NCBI GenBank assembly: GCA_045661265.1
Contig: JAZRFG010000100.1
Span: 1-36,234, forward strand
DNA from: Eubacteriales bacterium
GTDB lineage: Bacteria; Bacillota; Clostridia; Oscillospirales; CAG-272
Reading direction: 5' to 3'
Length of the DNA stretch: 36,234 nt
Each line of letters begins with the position of its first letter. Positions within the stretch are counted from its first letter, which is position 1. The translations under genes and the position numbers were made by a program. The notes below the pieces were generated by a model that saw nothing but the letters and a program-made list of their open reading frames with translations, ran no database searches and was not told the origin of the DNA. This document shows positions 25,879 to 33,413 of the stretch, piece after piece.

Positions 25879-27361
25879 ACTTGTTTACGTAGCCCACAAC
25901 GGCATCCCACATCTTGTCTGAGGGAACCACGTCGGTGAAGCGCACGGTGCGCTCGCCGATGCCGCGAAGCGGGTAAGGAATTTCGGTTGCGGTCTTTTCG
26001 GAAAGCGTGTCGAGCGCGGCGAGAGCGTCGGCGGGAACGTCGCCGTAAAGCGAGGTGTACACGTCAGCAGCAAACTTGTAAGGGCTTGCGGTGGATGCCA
26101 CGACCATAGGCGTCTTGTCGCCGGTTTCAGCGATGTAATCCTTCGCAGCGGAAAGTGCCACAGCGGTGTGTGTGTCGGCAAGATAGCCGTGCTTATCCAT
26201 CGTTTCGCGGATGGTAGCGGCGGTTTTTTCCTCGTCGGCGAAATAGCCCTTGAAGGAAGCGTCGATCGCGGCCTTGACGTCAGCGTCAACGGTGTAAGCG
26301 CCGGTCTTGGCAAGAGATGCCATATAAGCGGCGGTACGCTTTGCGCCCGCGGTGAGGTAAAGCAGACGCTCGAGATTGCTGGAGATGAGAATGTCCATCG
26401 AGGGGGACATCGTCAGATGGAAGGCGCGGTTGCGATCGTAGGTGCCGGTGGTAAGGAAATCGGTCAGAATGTTGTTCTTGTTCGAGGCACAGATCAGCTG
26501 ACCCACGGGAAGACCCATCAGTTTGGCAAGATAAGCGGCAAAAATGTTGCCGAAGTTACCCGTGGGAACGGACACGTTCATCTTATCGCCCATCTGGATG
26601 CGGCCCGCATTGAGAAGATCGCAATATGCGGAAACGTAGTACACGATCTGCGGTGCAAGACGGCCCCAGTTGATCGAGTTGGCAGAGGAGAGGAACAGGC
26701 CCTTTTCGTTGAGATATTCAGCCGCTGCCTTGTCGGAAAAGATCTTCTTTACACCGTTTTGTGCATCGTCAAAATTGCCGTTGATGGCACAGACGTACAC
26801 GTTGTCGCCCATCTGCGTCTGCATTTGCAGCTTCTGTACGCGGCTGACGCCGTTTTCGGGGTAAAATACCGCGATCTTGATGCGCTCGATATCCTTATAG
26901 CCCTCCAGTGCGGCCTTGCCCGTGTCGCCCGAGGTCGCCACGAGAATGAGCGCAGTGCGCTCCTCGCCTGTCTTGACCAGCGCGCGGGAGAGCAGGCGAG
27001 GCATGATCTGCAGCGCCATATCCTTAAAGGCGGCGGTGGGGCCGTGCCACAGCTCCATCGAGTACACGGTGCCGTCCAAGGAAACCAGAGGTGCGGCACC
27101 GCCTACGAACGAGGTGGGGGCATAAGCGGCGCGGCAGTCCGCCAGCAGCTCCTCCTCGGTGTAATCCGTGAGGAATTTGCCAAGGATTTTGGCGGCGCGG
27201 GTGGGATAATCCACTCCGCAAAGTGCTTGGATCTCGTCAGCGGTGAGGGTGGGGATCTCTTCGGGCACAAACAGGCCTCCGTCAGCGGCAAGGCCTTGCT
27301 TGATGACCTGTGCAGCAGAGAATTTTGCGGCGCTTTCGTCGCGGGTGCTTTGGAATTTCAT
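25877..27361 (-). CDS. thrC: Threonine synthase (long form)
   Basis: 494-aa ORF with MKFQSTR at the N-terminus and the PLP-lysine region GPTAAFKDMALQ. The overall pattern fits long-type ThrC. Confidence 0.93.
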   Translation of the reverse strand: MKFQSTRDESAAKFSAAQVIKQGLAADGGLFVPEEIPTLTADEIQALCGVDYPTRAAKILGKFLTDYTEEELLADCRAAYAPTSFVGGAAPLVSLDGTVYSMELWHGPTAAFKDMALQIMPRLLSRALVKTGEERTALILVATSGDTGKAALEGYKDIERIKIAVFYPENGVSRVQKLQMQTQMGDNVYVCAINGNFDDAQNGVKKIFSDKAAAEYLNEKGLFLSSANSINWGRLAPQIVYYVSAYCDLLNAGRIQMGDKMNVSVPTGNFGNIFAAYLAKLMGLPVGQLICASNKNNILTDFLTTGTYDRNRAFHLTMSPSMDILISSNLERLLYLTAGAKRTAAYMASLAKTGAYTVDADVKAAIDASFKGYFADEEKTAATIRETMDKHGYLADTHTAVALSAAKDYIAETGDKTPMVVASTASPYKFAADVYTSLYGDVPADALAALDTLSEKTATEIPYPLRGIGERTVRFTDVVPSDKMWDAVVGYVNK

Positions 27362-27407
27362 AATTTACTCCTTTATACTTCTTCCGTAAGGGAATTTTGC
27401 GAAATGA

Positions 27408-27812
27408 TCAGTTTAATCTGCCGTTTGCGGCAAATGCGGCTTCAATATGGTGGATTTTAAAGGGCTTGTTGCGCTTTTGGCGGTCAAGGTATACCTCGAT
27501 CACGTCAAGACGGGGGCAAAGAGTGGTGGGGTGTGCGCGCAGATACGCTTTAGCCGCCTTTGCGGTACGTATACGCTTGTCGTGATCCACGGCCAGCGCA
27601 GGGCGGGATAGCTCGGCATCCTCCACACGCTCATAGCTGCGGGTCTTGACCTCGACAAAGGCAAGGATCGTCTTGCTTTTGGCCACGAGATCCAGCTCGT
27701 TCTTGCCGAAATGCAAGTTTCGTCCTACCACGCGAAAGCCCTGCTTTTTTAAATAACGGGCGGCGATCCTCTCGCCTCGTTTTCCTATGTTTTGCTTGGT
27801 GAAAAGCTTCAT
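27408..27812 (-). CDS. yraN: YraN family (UPF0102) endonuclease-like protein
   Basis: GERIAARYLKKQGFRVVGRNL...ELDLVA...FVEVKTR is the typical UPF0102 pattern. It overlaps the rnhB stop by 4 nt. Confidence 0.88.
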   Translation of the reverse strand: MKLFTKQNIGKRGERIAARYLKKQGFRVVGRNLHFGKNELDLVAKSKTILAFVEVKTRSYERVEDAELSRPALAVDHDKRIRTAKAAKAYLRAHPTTLCPRLDVIEVYLDRQKRNKPFKIHHIEAAFAANGRLN

Positions 27813-28408
27813 TTGTCCAAAAAACGAATGAATTTCGTGCGATAGATCTCACACGGGCCGTGCTCGCGCAGCGCGTCCATATGCGCCTTGGTGCCGTAGC
27901 CCTTGTGTTTACCGATGCCGTATTGAGGATATTTTTCGTCCAATTCCGCGCAGATGCGGTCACGCGAGACCTTGGCAAGGATCGACGCGGCGGCAATGGA
28001 GGGGGAGGTAGCATCGCCATGCACCACGGCGCGGCAGGGGATCGTGAAGCCGCGGGTGATATTGCCGTCGATTAGGGCAAACTGCGGCTGAGGATCCAGA
28101 TTTTCGATGGCCGTTCGCATCGCGTGCAGTGTGGTGGAAAGAATGTCAGTTTCGTTGATCTCCTCCACGCTGCCGAGCACCACGGAATACGCGATGGCGT
28201 TTTCACAGATCTCGTCAAAGAGCGCCTCGCGCTTCTTTTCGGAGAGCTTTTTCGAGTCATTCAACCCCTCGATCACAAGACCGCGGGGAAGAATGACGGC
28301 GGCGGCAGCCACAGGGCCGCACAGGGGGCCTCTGCCCGCTTCGTCAACGCCGCAAACAAGCTCAAAGCCCTCGTCGGCAAGCGCCTGCTCTAATTCATAG
28401 CTCAGCAT
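27809..28408 (-). CDS. rnhB: Ribonuclease HII
   Basis: The GVDEAGRGPLCGPV catalytic motif, DSKKLS, and the C-terminal HR.SF-like pattern. It overlaps the rbgA stop by 7 nt. Confidence 0.95.
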   Translation of the reverse strand: MLSYELEQALADEGFELVCGVDEAGRGPLCGPVAAAAVILPRGLVIEGLNDSKKLSEKKREALFDEICENAIAYSVVLGSVEEINETDILSTTLHAMRTAIENLDPQPQFALIDGNITRGFTIPCRAVVHGDATSPSIAAASILAKVSRDRICAELDEKYPQYGIGKHKGYGTKAHMDALREHGPCEIYRTKFIRFLDK

Positions 28409-29286
28409 GTGCCCACCTCACTCTCGATGCAATCCAGCGTGATGCGCCCGATCTTGGCGGCGCGCAGCTCGTCGAGCAGCATATTGGCGCAGCGCTCGGT
28501 ATCCACCTCGCCACCGCTTACCAAAAATCCGCGCTTTCTGCCGATATATTCGAACAGATCGTAATCGGAAAGGGCGGTGATCTCCTCGGTCCAGGTGAAT
28601 TTGTAGCGAGTGGCAAAGAGCTCGGGATACAGAACGCGCAAGCGCGCGCAAAGCGCGATGGCGATCGTTTCGATCTGCACCACGTCGTCCTTGATCGCGC
28701 CTGTAATGGCCAGATTTTCGCCCGTTTTACGGTCGTCAAATCGCGGCCAGAGCACGCCGGGCATATCCATCAAATCAAGCCCCAGTGAGGTGCTGACCCA
28801 TTGCGGCGCAAGCGTCACGCCCGGGCGATTTTCCACCTTGGCCTTTTTGCCACCGCAAAGGCGGTTGATCAGAGAGGATTTGCCCACGTTGGGGATCCCC
28901 ACCACCATGGCGCGCAGACGGCGGCCACTCATGCCCTTTTGCTCATAGCGGGCGATCTTTTCGGCAAGAAGCTTGCGAATGGCGGGCATCAGCTGCTCCA
29001 TGCCCTTGCCGCTGACACAGTCCACGGCAAGGCAGATCTGCCCCTTGGCGCGATAGTGAGCGATCCAGCGTTCGGTGGCGGCGGGATCGGCCAGCATTGA
29101 CTTGTTCAGAAGCGTTACAAGGGGCTTTCCCTCGGTCAGCTTTTCAATTTCCGGGTTACGCGAGCTTTGCGGGATGCGCGCATCCAAAAGCTCGATTACC
29201 ACGTCAACGTCTTTTAATTTTTCCTTCATCAAACGGCGTGTTTTCGCCATATGACCCGGAAACCATTGAATGATATCCGTCGGCAT
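28402..29286 (-). CDS. rbgA: Ribosome biogenesis GTPase A (YlqF/RbgA, circularly permuted GTPase)
   Basis: IQWFPGHMAKT at the N-terminus, LNKSML (G4) placed ahead of GIPNVGKSSLIN (G1), and DMPGVLWP. Confidence 0.95.
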   Translation of the reverse strand: MPTDIIQWFPGHMAKTRRLMKEKLKDVDVVIELLDARIPQSSRNPEIEKLTEGKPLVTLLNKSMLADPAATERWIAHYRAKGQICLAVDCVSGKGMEQLMPAIRKLLAEKIARYEQKGMSGRRLRAMVVGIPNVGKSSLINRLCGGKKAKVENRPGVTLAPQWVSTSLGLDLMDMPGVLWPRFDDRKTGENLAITGAIKDDVVQIETIAIALCARLRVLYPELFATRYKFTWTEEITALSDYDLFEYIGRKRGFLVSGGEVDTERCANMLLDELRAAKIGRITLDCIESEVGTC

Positions 29287-29287
29287 C

Positions 29288-29896
29288 TTAGTCCACCTTT
29301 CCGAATTTTTGGAAGGGCGTCAGACGGAACAGCACCTTGCCAAGCACGCGCCGCTCGTCCACAAAGCCCACCTGCACGCTGCGGCTGTCAGCCGAGTCGT
29401 TGCGGTTATCGCCCATCACGAACAAATGTCCCTCGGGAACCTCAAAGATACGCACGCCGGAGCTGCCGACAAACAGCGCCTCGCGCCACGTGCCGTTATA
29501 GCCCTCGAAATGGGCGTAGGTGCTCTCGTCCAGCAGCTCGTCCTCGGTGAAATCCTTATCACCGGAAACGTATACCTTGTTGGCTTTATAATCGATACAA
29601 ACAAACTCTCCTCCCGTCGCGATTACGCGCTTGACGATCGGCTCGTTGAATTGATCATACAAATCACTGGTCTGATGAAACACGATAATATCGCCCGTGT
29701 CGGGAGTATAAAACAGGTCCGAAACGATCAGCTTTTCGCCGTTGAGGAGCGTGTTGTTCATCGAGTTGCCGCTTACCACGCAAAGACGAAAAACAAAGGA
29801 AAGCAAAAGGATCACGACGGCAACGGTGATGACGAACATCTCCACGTAATCAAGAAGGTGGTGTGCCGCGCTTTTTTTCGTGTTTTCTTGGTTCAT
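29288..29896 (-). CDS. lepB: Signal peptidase I (S26 family)
   Basis: The start is trimmed to ATG 29896 (MNQENTKK), with GAAAGGAGC upstream. It has a TM anchor, the catalytic SGNSM motif and the GDNRNDSADSR box. The 314-aa track ORF is a spurious extension into the upstream gene. Confidence 0.93.
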   Translation of the reverse strand: MNQENTKKSAAHHLLDYVEMFVITVAVVILLLSFVFRLCVVSGNSMNNTLLNGEKLIVSDLFYTPDTGDIIVFHQTSDLYDQFNEPIVKRVIATGGEFVCIDYKANKVYVSGDKDFTEDELLDESTYAHFEGYNGTWREALFVGSSGVRIFEVPEGHLFVMGDNRNDSADSRSVQVGFVDERRVLGKVLFRLTPFQKFGKVD

Positions 29897-29928
29897 AAAT
29901 GCTCCTTTCAGGGGAAGTGGAAAGGGAA

Positions 29929-31146
29929 TTACTTCGCGGTCAGAAGCTCCATGAGGGTATAGCCGTTCTCCACGTAATAATCCTGTGCCTCGGCGCTTTG
30001 CTCGCTGAATTGCGCCACGCCGTTTTTGCTCTCGGTAGAGGAGTAGATCATAAAGGGCACGGGCAGAATGGTATGCGTGCGGATGCGAATGGGCGTGGGA
30101 TGGTCGGGCAGGATCATGATTTTGAAATCCTCGCCGCACTCGCGCAGATAAGCAAGCACGGGCTTGAGGATCTCGCCGTCGATGCGCTCGATGGCGGTGA
30201 CCTTGTTTTCCAGCTCGGCGCGGTGTCCACATTCATCCGGACCCTCTACGTGTACGTAAACAAGCTCGGCGCCGTCGCGGAACGCTTCGATCGCGGCATC
30301 TGCCTTACCCTTGTAATTGGTGTGTACGTTGCCCGTGGCGCCCTCCACGTCGATCGAGCGCATTCCGGCGCAAAGACCGATGCCCTTGATCAGGTCAACG
30401 GCGGAGATCACGGCGCCCTTCAGACCCCATTTTTTCTCAAAAGAGGGGAGCTGGGGCTTCTTGCCGGGGCTCCAGAGCCAAGCGGAGTTTGCTGGCTTCA
30501 GACCGCGAGCACGGCGTGCCTCGTTGACGGGATGATGGTTGAGAATGTCAAAGCTCTTACGCATCAGGTCGTAAAACTCCTTGCCATTCTCCTGATCCGG
30601 CAGATATTCGCCGATGCGACGGCCGAGAATATCGTGCGGACGGTTGAAATTGTACTTATCATTGCCGTTTTTCCAGATCAGGCAGTGACGGTAGCTAATG
30701 CCCGTATAGAACTTTTTGATCTCGTCGCCCATTTCGGCTTGCAGTGCCTTGATCAGCTCATCGGCCTCGGCGGTGGAGATCTCGTCGGCGCTATGGTCAA
30801 GAATGACCTTGTCGTCATAGTCCTCGCCATGATCGGAAAGGGTCACGACGTTGCAGCGGTAGGCAACCTCATCGGGCTGCATCTCGATGCCGATGCTCAC
30901 AGCCTCAAGAGGGGAACGACCCTTAGAAAACTCCTTGGGATCGTAGGAGAGGATCGCCAGATTAGCGGTATCGCTCTCGGGCACCATACCATCGGGAACG
31001 TTGGAAACCGTGCCGACAAGTGCAGTTTTGGCAAGCTCGTCCATCACGGGCTTGTGTGCCTTTTGCATGGGGGAAAGACCGCCCAGCGCCTCGATTTGCT
31101 CATCAGCCATACCGTCGGGGATCAGAACCAAATACTTCATAATCAA
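29929..31146 (-). CDS. Cofactor-independent phosphoglycerate mutase-like protein, ApgM type (the family proposed to act as a non-canonical homoserine kinase)
   Basis: 405-aa ORF. KYLVLIPDGMAD, SDTANLAILSYDP and VHVEGPDECGH are characteristic of the alkaline-phosphatase-superfamily ApgM group. GAGGT SD lies 7 nt upstream of the ATG. Confidence 0.85.
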   Translation of the reverse strand: MIMKYLVLIPDGMADEQIEALGGLSPMQKAHKPVMDELAKTALVGTVSNVPDGMVPESDTANLAILSYDPKEFSKGRSPLEAVSIGIEMQPDEVAYRCNVVTLSDHGEDYDDKVILDHSADEISTAEADELIKALQAEMGDEIKKFYTGISYRHCLIWKNGNDKYNFNRPHDILGRRIGEYLPDQENGKEFYDLMRKSFDILNHHPVNEARRARGLKPANSAWLWSPGKKPQLPSFEKKWGLKGAVISAVDLIKGIGLCAGMRSIDVEGATGNVHTNYKGKADAAIEAFRDGAELVYVHVEGPDECGHRAELENKVTAIERIDGEILKPVLAYLRECGEDFKIMILPDHPTPIRIRTHTILPVPFMIYSSTESKNGVAQFSEQSAEAQDYYVENGYTLMELLTAK

Positions 31147-31169
31147 GACCTCACTTTGTGTAAAAGTCG

Positions 31170-31194
31170 TCGCGCGCGCAAATAGCGCACGCGA
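31170..31194 (-). promoter_or_regulatory. GC-rich 10-bp hairpin in the 5' leader of the apgM-like gene (possible attenuator or processing site)
   Basis: On the - strand this reads UCGCGUGCGC, a 5-nt loop, then GCGCGCGCGA (one G-U pair), followed 3 nt later by UUUU. It lies between the predicted promoter and the SD. Confidence 0.3.
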
Positions 31195-31214
31195 TAAAAT
31201 AAATAATCCTATTT

Positions 31215-31243
31215 AGTATAACATAATAGTCACAAAAGAGCAA
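31215..31243 (-). promoter_or_regulatory. Candidate sigma-A promoter (extended -10) for the apgM-like/lepB/rbgA/rnhB/yraN/thrC array
   Basis: On the - strand this reads TTGCTC, a 17-nt spacer ending in TGT, then TATACT. Confidence 0.45.
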
Positions 31244-31284
31244 GCGGGAAGTGTAATTTTTTCAAAAAATTTACCTTTTTAACG

Positions 31285-31322
31285 CAAAAAAGCCCCCGTT
31301 GACGCGCAACAGGGGCTTTTTT
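31285..31322. terminator. Bidirectional-looking rho-independent terminator downstream of the 142-aa gene
   Basis: AAAAAAGCCCCCGTTG, a 5-nt loop, then CAACAGGGGCTTTTTT (one mismatch), flanked by A- and T-runs. Confidence 0.85.
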
Positions 31323-31333
31323 GAAGAATTTGA

Positions 31334-31762
31334 TTACTGCAGACCGTCGACGACCTTGTGGGTCCAGGCAAGCAGCGCGTCCTTTTCCTCGGGCGTGATC
31401 TTGTCGAGGAAGGAAAGGAAAGAGGTCTTTACGTAGAACACCTCGTCCACCACGTTGGTGCCGGCAGCGACAAGAATTTCCTTCATGCGCTTGGCAGCGG
31501 CCTCGTTGCCGTCCACCACAAGTGCCACGTTGTTGGCACGGGTCTTGTTGAGCTCACCGCAGAAGCGACGAACCACGTCGCTGGGCTCACCCTTAAGCGA
31601 GAACATCAGAATAACGATGCGCTCTTTGTCGCAGGGGTAAGCGGGCTGCTCGATCTTGTCCACGGCGTTGACGGGCAGGTCGAACTCTGCCTTGATCATC
31701 TGAGCCATCGTGGAAATTTTCTTTTTAGAAGATGCGTAAAGTACGCGCATTTTGATTGCCAT
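31334..31762 (-). CDS. Uncharacterised 142-aa protein with a possible flavodoxin-like alpha/beta fold
   Basis: GGAGGG SD lies upstream of ATG 31762, with its own promoter and terminator. Alternating beta-like (MRVLYASS, RIVILMFSL, NVALVVDG) and helical segments suggest a Rossmann/flavodoxin-like fold. I see no diagnostic motif. Confidence 0.7.
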   Translation of the reverse strand: MAIKMRVLYASSKKKISTMAQMIKAEFDLPVNAVDKIEQPAYPCDKERIVILMFSLKGEPSDVVRRFCGELNKTRANNVALVVDGNEAAAKRMKEILVAAGTNVVDEVFYVKTSFLSFLDKITPEEKDALLAWTHKVVDGLQ

Positions 31763-31799
31763 ATTCAGGTAACCCTCCGATTATTTTTATAACAAATTT

Positions 31800-31828
31800 A
31801 TTATAACATAAATCCAAAACAAGGGCAA
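31800..31828 (-). promoter_or_regulatory. Candidate sigma-A promoter (extended -10) for the 142-aa gene
   Basis: On the - strand this reads TTGCCC, a 17-nt spacer ending in TGT, then TATAAT. Confidence 0.45.
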
Positions 31829-32183
31829 CGATTTTTTCAACAAACACAAAAAGATTGTGACAATCCACAAAACGCCATATTTCGTTTTGTATAAAGAAGC
31901 GAATAAAATCAAGGAAAGTCGTATGAGAGAAATTTTGCCGCGTAGCGTTAAAAGAAATTGTCGCTAACGATCAAAGTATCACTGACAAGGAAAATTTTCA
32001 TTCAGCGGCTACGATAAAAATAAATACGAGAAACGATCAAACATACGTCGAAAAGAAAAATTTTTAACGCCATACGCCAAGTTTTAAGCAAGAAAAGCTG
32101 TGAGGCCAAAAAACAGGAATATTCCTATAAAAGCCAAGCCGCGCGTGAAAAAGCCCTAAAAGCCGCCTTTGCGCTTCCCTTTA

Positions 32184-32209
32184 TTATACAAAATTTGCAT
32201 TTTGTATAA
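32184..32209. repeat. Perfect 11-bp inverted repeat (operator-like palindrome) TTATACAAAAT-TTGC-ATTTTGTATAA
   Basis: Read directly from the sequence. It lies 55 nt downstream of the spoIIID stop, and its right arm contains TATAAT. Confidence 0.9.
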
Positions 32210-32264
32210 TTGGCGGTATGGATAAGGATAACGTAATTAGGAAGGGCTTGTGCGGGTTCCCCTT

Positions 32265-32525
32265 TTATTTTGCGCTCTTTCCCTCGTATTTTTTGCGCGT
32301 GGCCTCACCACCGCGCAAATGACGCTCGGATTTGTTTTTTTGCAAAATACTGCTCACTTCCTCAAAAAGCCCGCGGTTGATATTTTTGAGTACGGCGGTC
32401 ACGTCCTTATGTACGGTGCTCTTGCTGATCTGAAATTTGGCGGCAGCATCGCGCACGGTTGCCTGATAGCTCACAATATATCTTCCCAGCGCCTCCGGGC
32501 GGCTTTCTTCAATCACGTGTATCAT
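32265..32525 (-). CDS. spoIIID: Sporulation transcriptional regulator SpoIIID (86 aa)
   Basis: The translation is MIHVIEESRPEALGRYIVSYQATVRDAAAKFQISKSTVHKDVTAVLKNINRGLFEEVSSILQKNKSERHLRGGEATRKKY. The (V/I)SKSTVHKD helix-turn-helix and HLRGGEAT motifs match B. subtilis SpoIIID. AGAGGAA SD lies upstream. The 218-aa track ORF is a spurious extension. Confidence 0.92.
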   Translation of the reverse strand: MIHVIEESRPEALGRYIVSYQATVRDAAAKFQISKSTVHKDVTAVLKNINRGLFEEVSSILQKNKSERHLRGGEATRKKYEGKSAK

Positions 32526-32541
32526 AATTCCTCTTTCCCTG

Positions 32542-32570
32542 TTGAAAAATTGCAAAAAATTTGCTATACT
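32542..32570 (+). promoter_or_regulatory. Near-consensus sigma-A promoter for the TrmH-family methyltransferase gene
   Basis: TTGAAA (32542-32547), exactly 17 nt, then TATACT (32565-32570), in the 90-bp region divergent from spoIIID. Confidence 0.6.
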
Positions 32571-32615
32571 TATCTTATGCCCCTCAAGGGCGCAACAGAA
32601 CAAAGGATTTATAAT

Positions 32616-33386
32616 ATGATAAAAGAAGAAAAAAGATTTATTCCCTCTAACGTGATGGAGGGTATGACCTCGATCTCCGCGCTGCTTGCGGCAAAGGCGG
32701 CTGGGGTCAACGATCGCCCCATTCACGAGATTTGGTTTGACCGCGCCAAAAAGGAGAAAAAAGCCCGCGAATTCGGTTTTTTGCAAGCAAAAACGCGCGA
32801 GCTGGGCATTCCCTTGGTGCTGGTGGATGCCGCCGCGATCGAGGAAAACTGCATCGGTAATACCCACGGCGGTGTGATCGCCCTTTGCGGCGAGCGCACG
32901 CTTCCCCGCCCTGATGTGCAAAACCTGCCCGAAAACGGCTTTTTGTGCTATTTAGAGGGGTTAGAGGATCCCTATAACTTCGGCTACGCCCTGCGCTCGC
33001 TTTACGCGGCGGGATGTGATGGCATTTTGCTTGGCGAGCGCAACTGGCTCTCGGCGGCGGGCGTGGTAGCGCGCGCCTCGGCGGGCGCTTCCGAGGCGTT
33101 CCCCGTCTTTGCGGGCGACCCGCTTGCGGCGCTGACGGCGTTGAAAGATAGGGGCTATCGCGTGGTGGCGGCTGGCATTCGCGACGCCGTTTCGATGTAC
33201 GAGGCAGACCTCAAAAAGCCGCTTGTGCTGGTCGTTGGCGGCGAAAAGCGCGGCGTTTCACGCGAAGTAATGGCGCTTTGCAACCAGGCCGTGCGTATTG
33301 ACTACGGACGCGAGTTCCGCGGTTCCCTCTCGGCGGCCTCCGCTGCCACCGTGCTTGGCTTTGAGGTGCTGCATCAGAATTCTTGA
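32616..33386 (+). CDS. TrmH/SpoU-family RNA 2'-O-methyltransferase (RlmB-like)
   Basis: The start is taken at ATG 32616 (AAAGGA 9 nt upstream). The C-terminal SpoU motifs are LVLVVGGEKRGVSREV and VRIDY...GSLSAASAATVLGFEV. The 378-aa track ORF runs antisense through spoIIID and is spurious upstream of this start. Confidence 0.85.
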   Translation: MIKEEKRFIPSNVMEGMTSISALLAAKAAGVNDRPIHEIWFDRAKKEKKAREFGFLQAKTRELGIPLVLVDAAAIEENCIGNTHGGVIALCGERTLPRPDVQNLPENGFLCYLEGLEDPYNFGYALRSLYAAGCDGILLGERNWLSAAGVVARASAGASEAFPVFAGDPLAALTALKDRGYRVVAAGIRDAVSMYEADLKKPLVLVVGGEKRGVSREVMALCNQAVRIDYGREFRGSLSAASAATVLGFEVLHQNS

Positions 33387-33413
33387 TTTTATCCAATAGT
33401 GAGGTGATCCCGC

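Noticed and set aside
29897-30232. N-terminal extensions of track ORFs: lepB to 30232, the metallophosphoesterase to 25743, spoIIID to 32921, the methyltransferase from 32250, the YesL-like gene to 21233, clpX to 22628, the deacetylase to 8765, secA from 10392, and the membrane protein from 13772.
   Set aside because: The extensions overlap neighbouring genes or intergenic promoters, translate to Arg/His-rich nonsense and lack SDs. Internal start codons with good SDs reproduce the canonical N-termini of each family.
31850-32260. Tiny ORFs in the A-rich tract: 14 aa on the + strand at 31923, and on the - strand MALKIFLFDVCLIVSRIYFYRSR, MKIFLVSDTLIVSDNFF and MAFCGLSQSFCVC.
   Set aside because: None has a Shine-Dalgarno sequence. 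The similarity between the two - strand peptides simply mirrors the degenerate DNA direct repeat. They are treated as non-coding unless ribosome profiling says otherwise.
32526-32615. A SigE-type promoter for spoIIID in the 90-bp divergent region (CATAAGAT and TCATATT on the - strand).
   Set aside because: The two elements are wrongly spaced relative to each other, and neither is a convincing match, so I cannot support a call by eye. Only the + strand sigma-A promoter in this region is clear.
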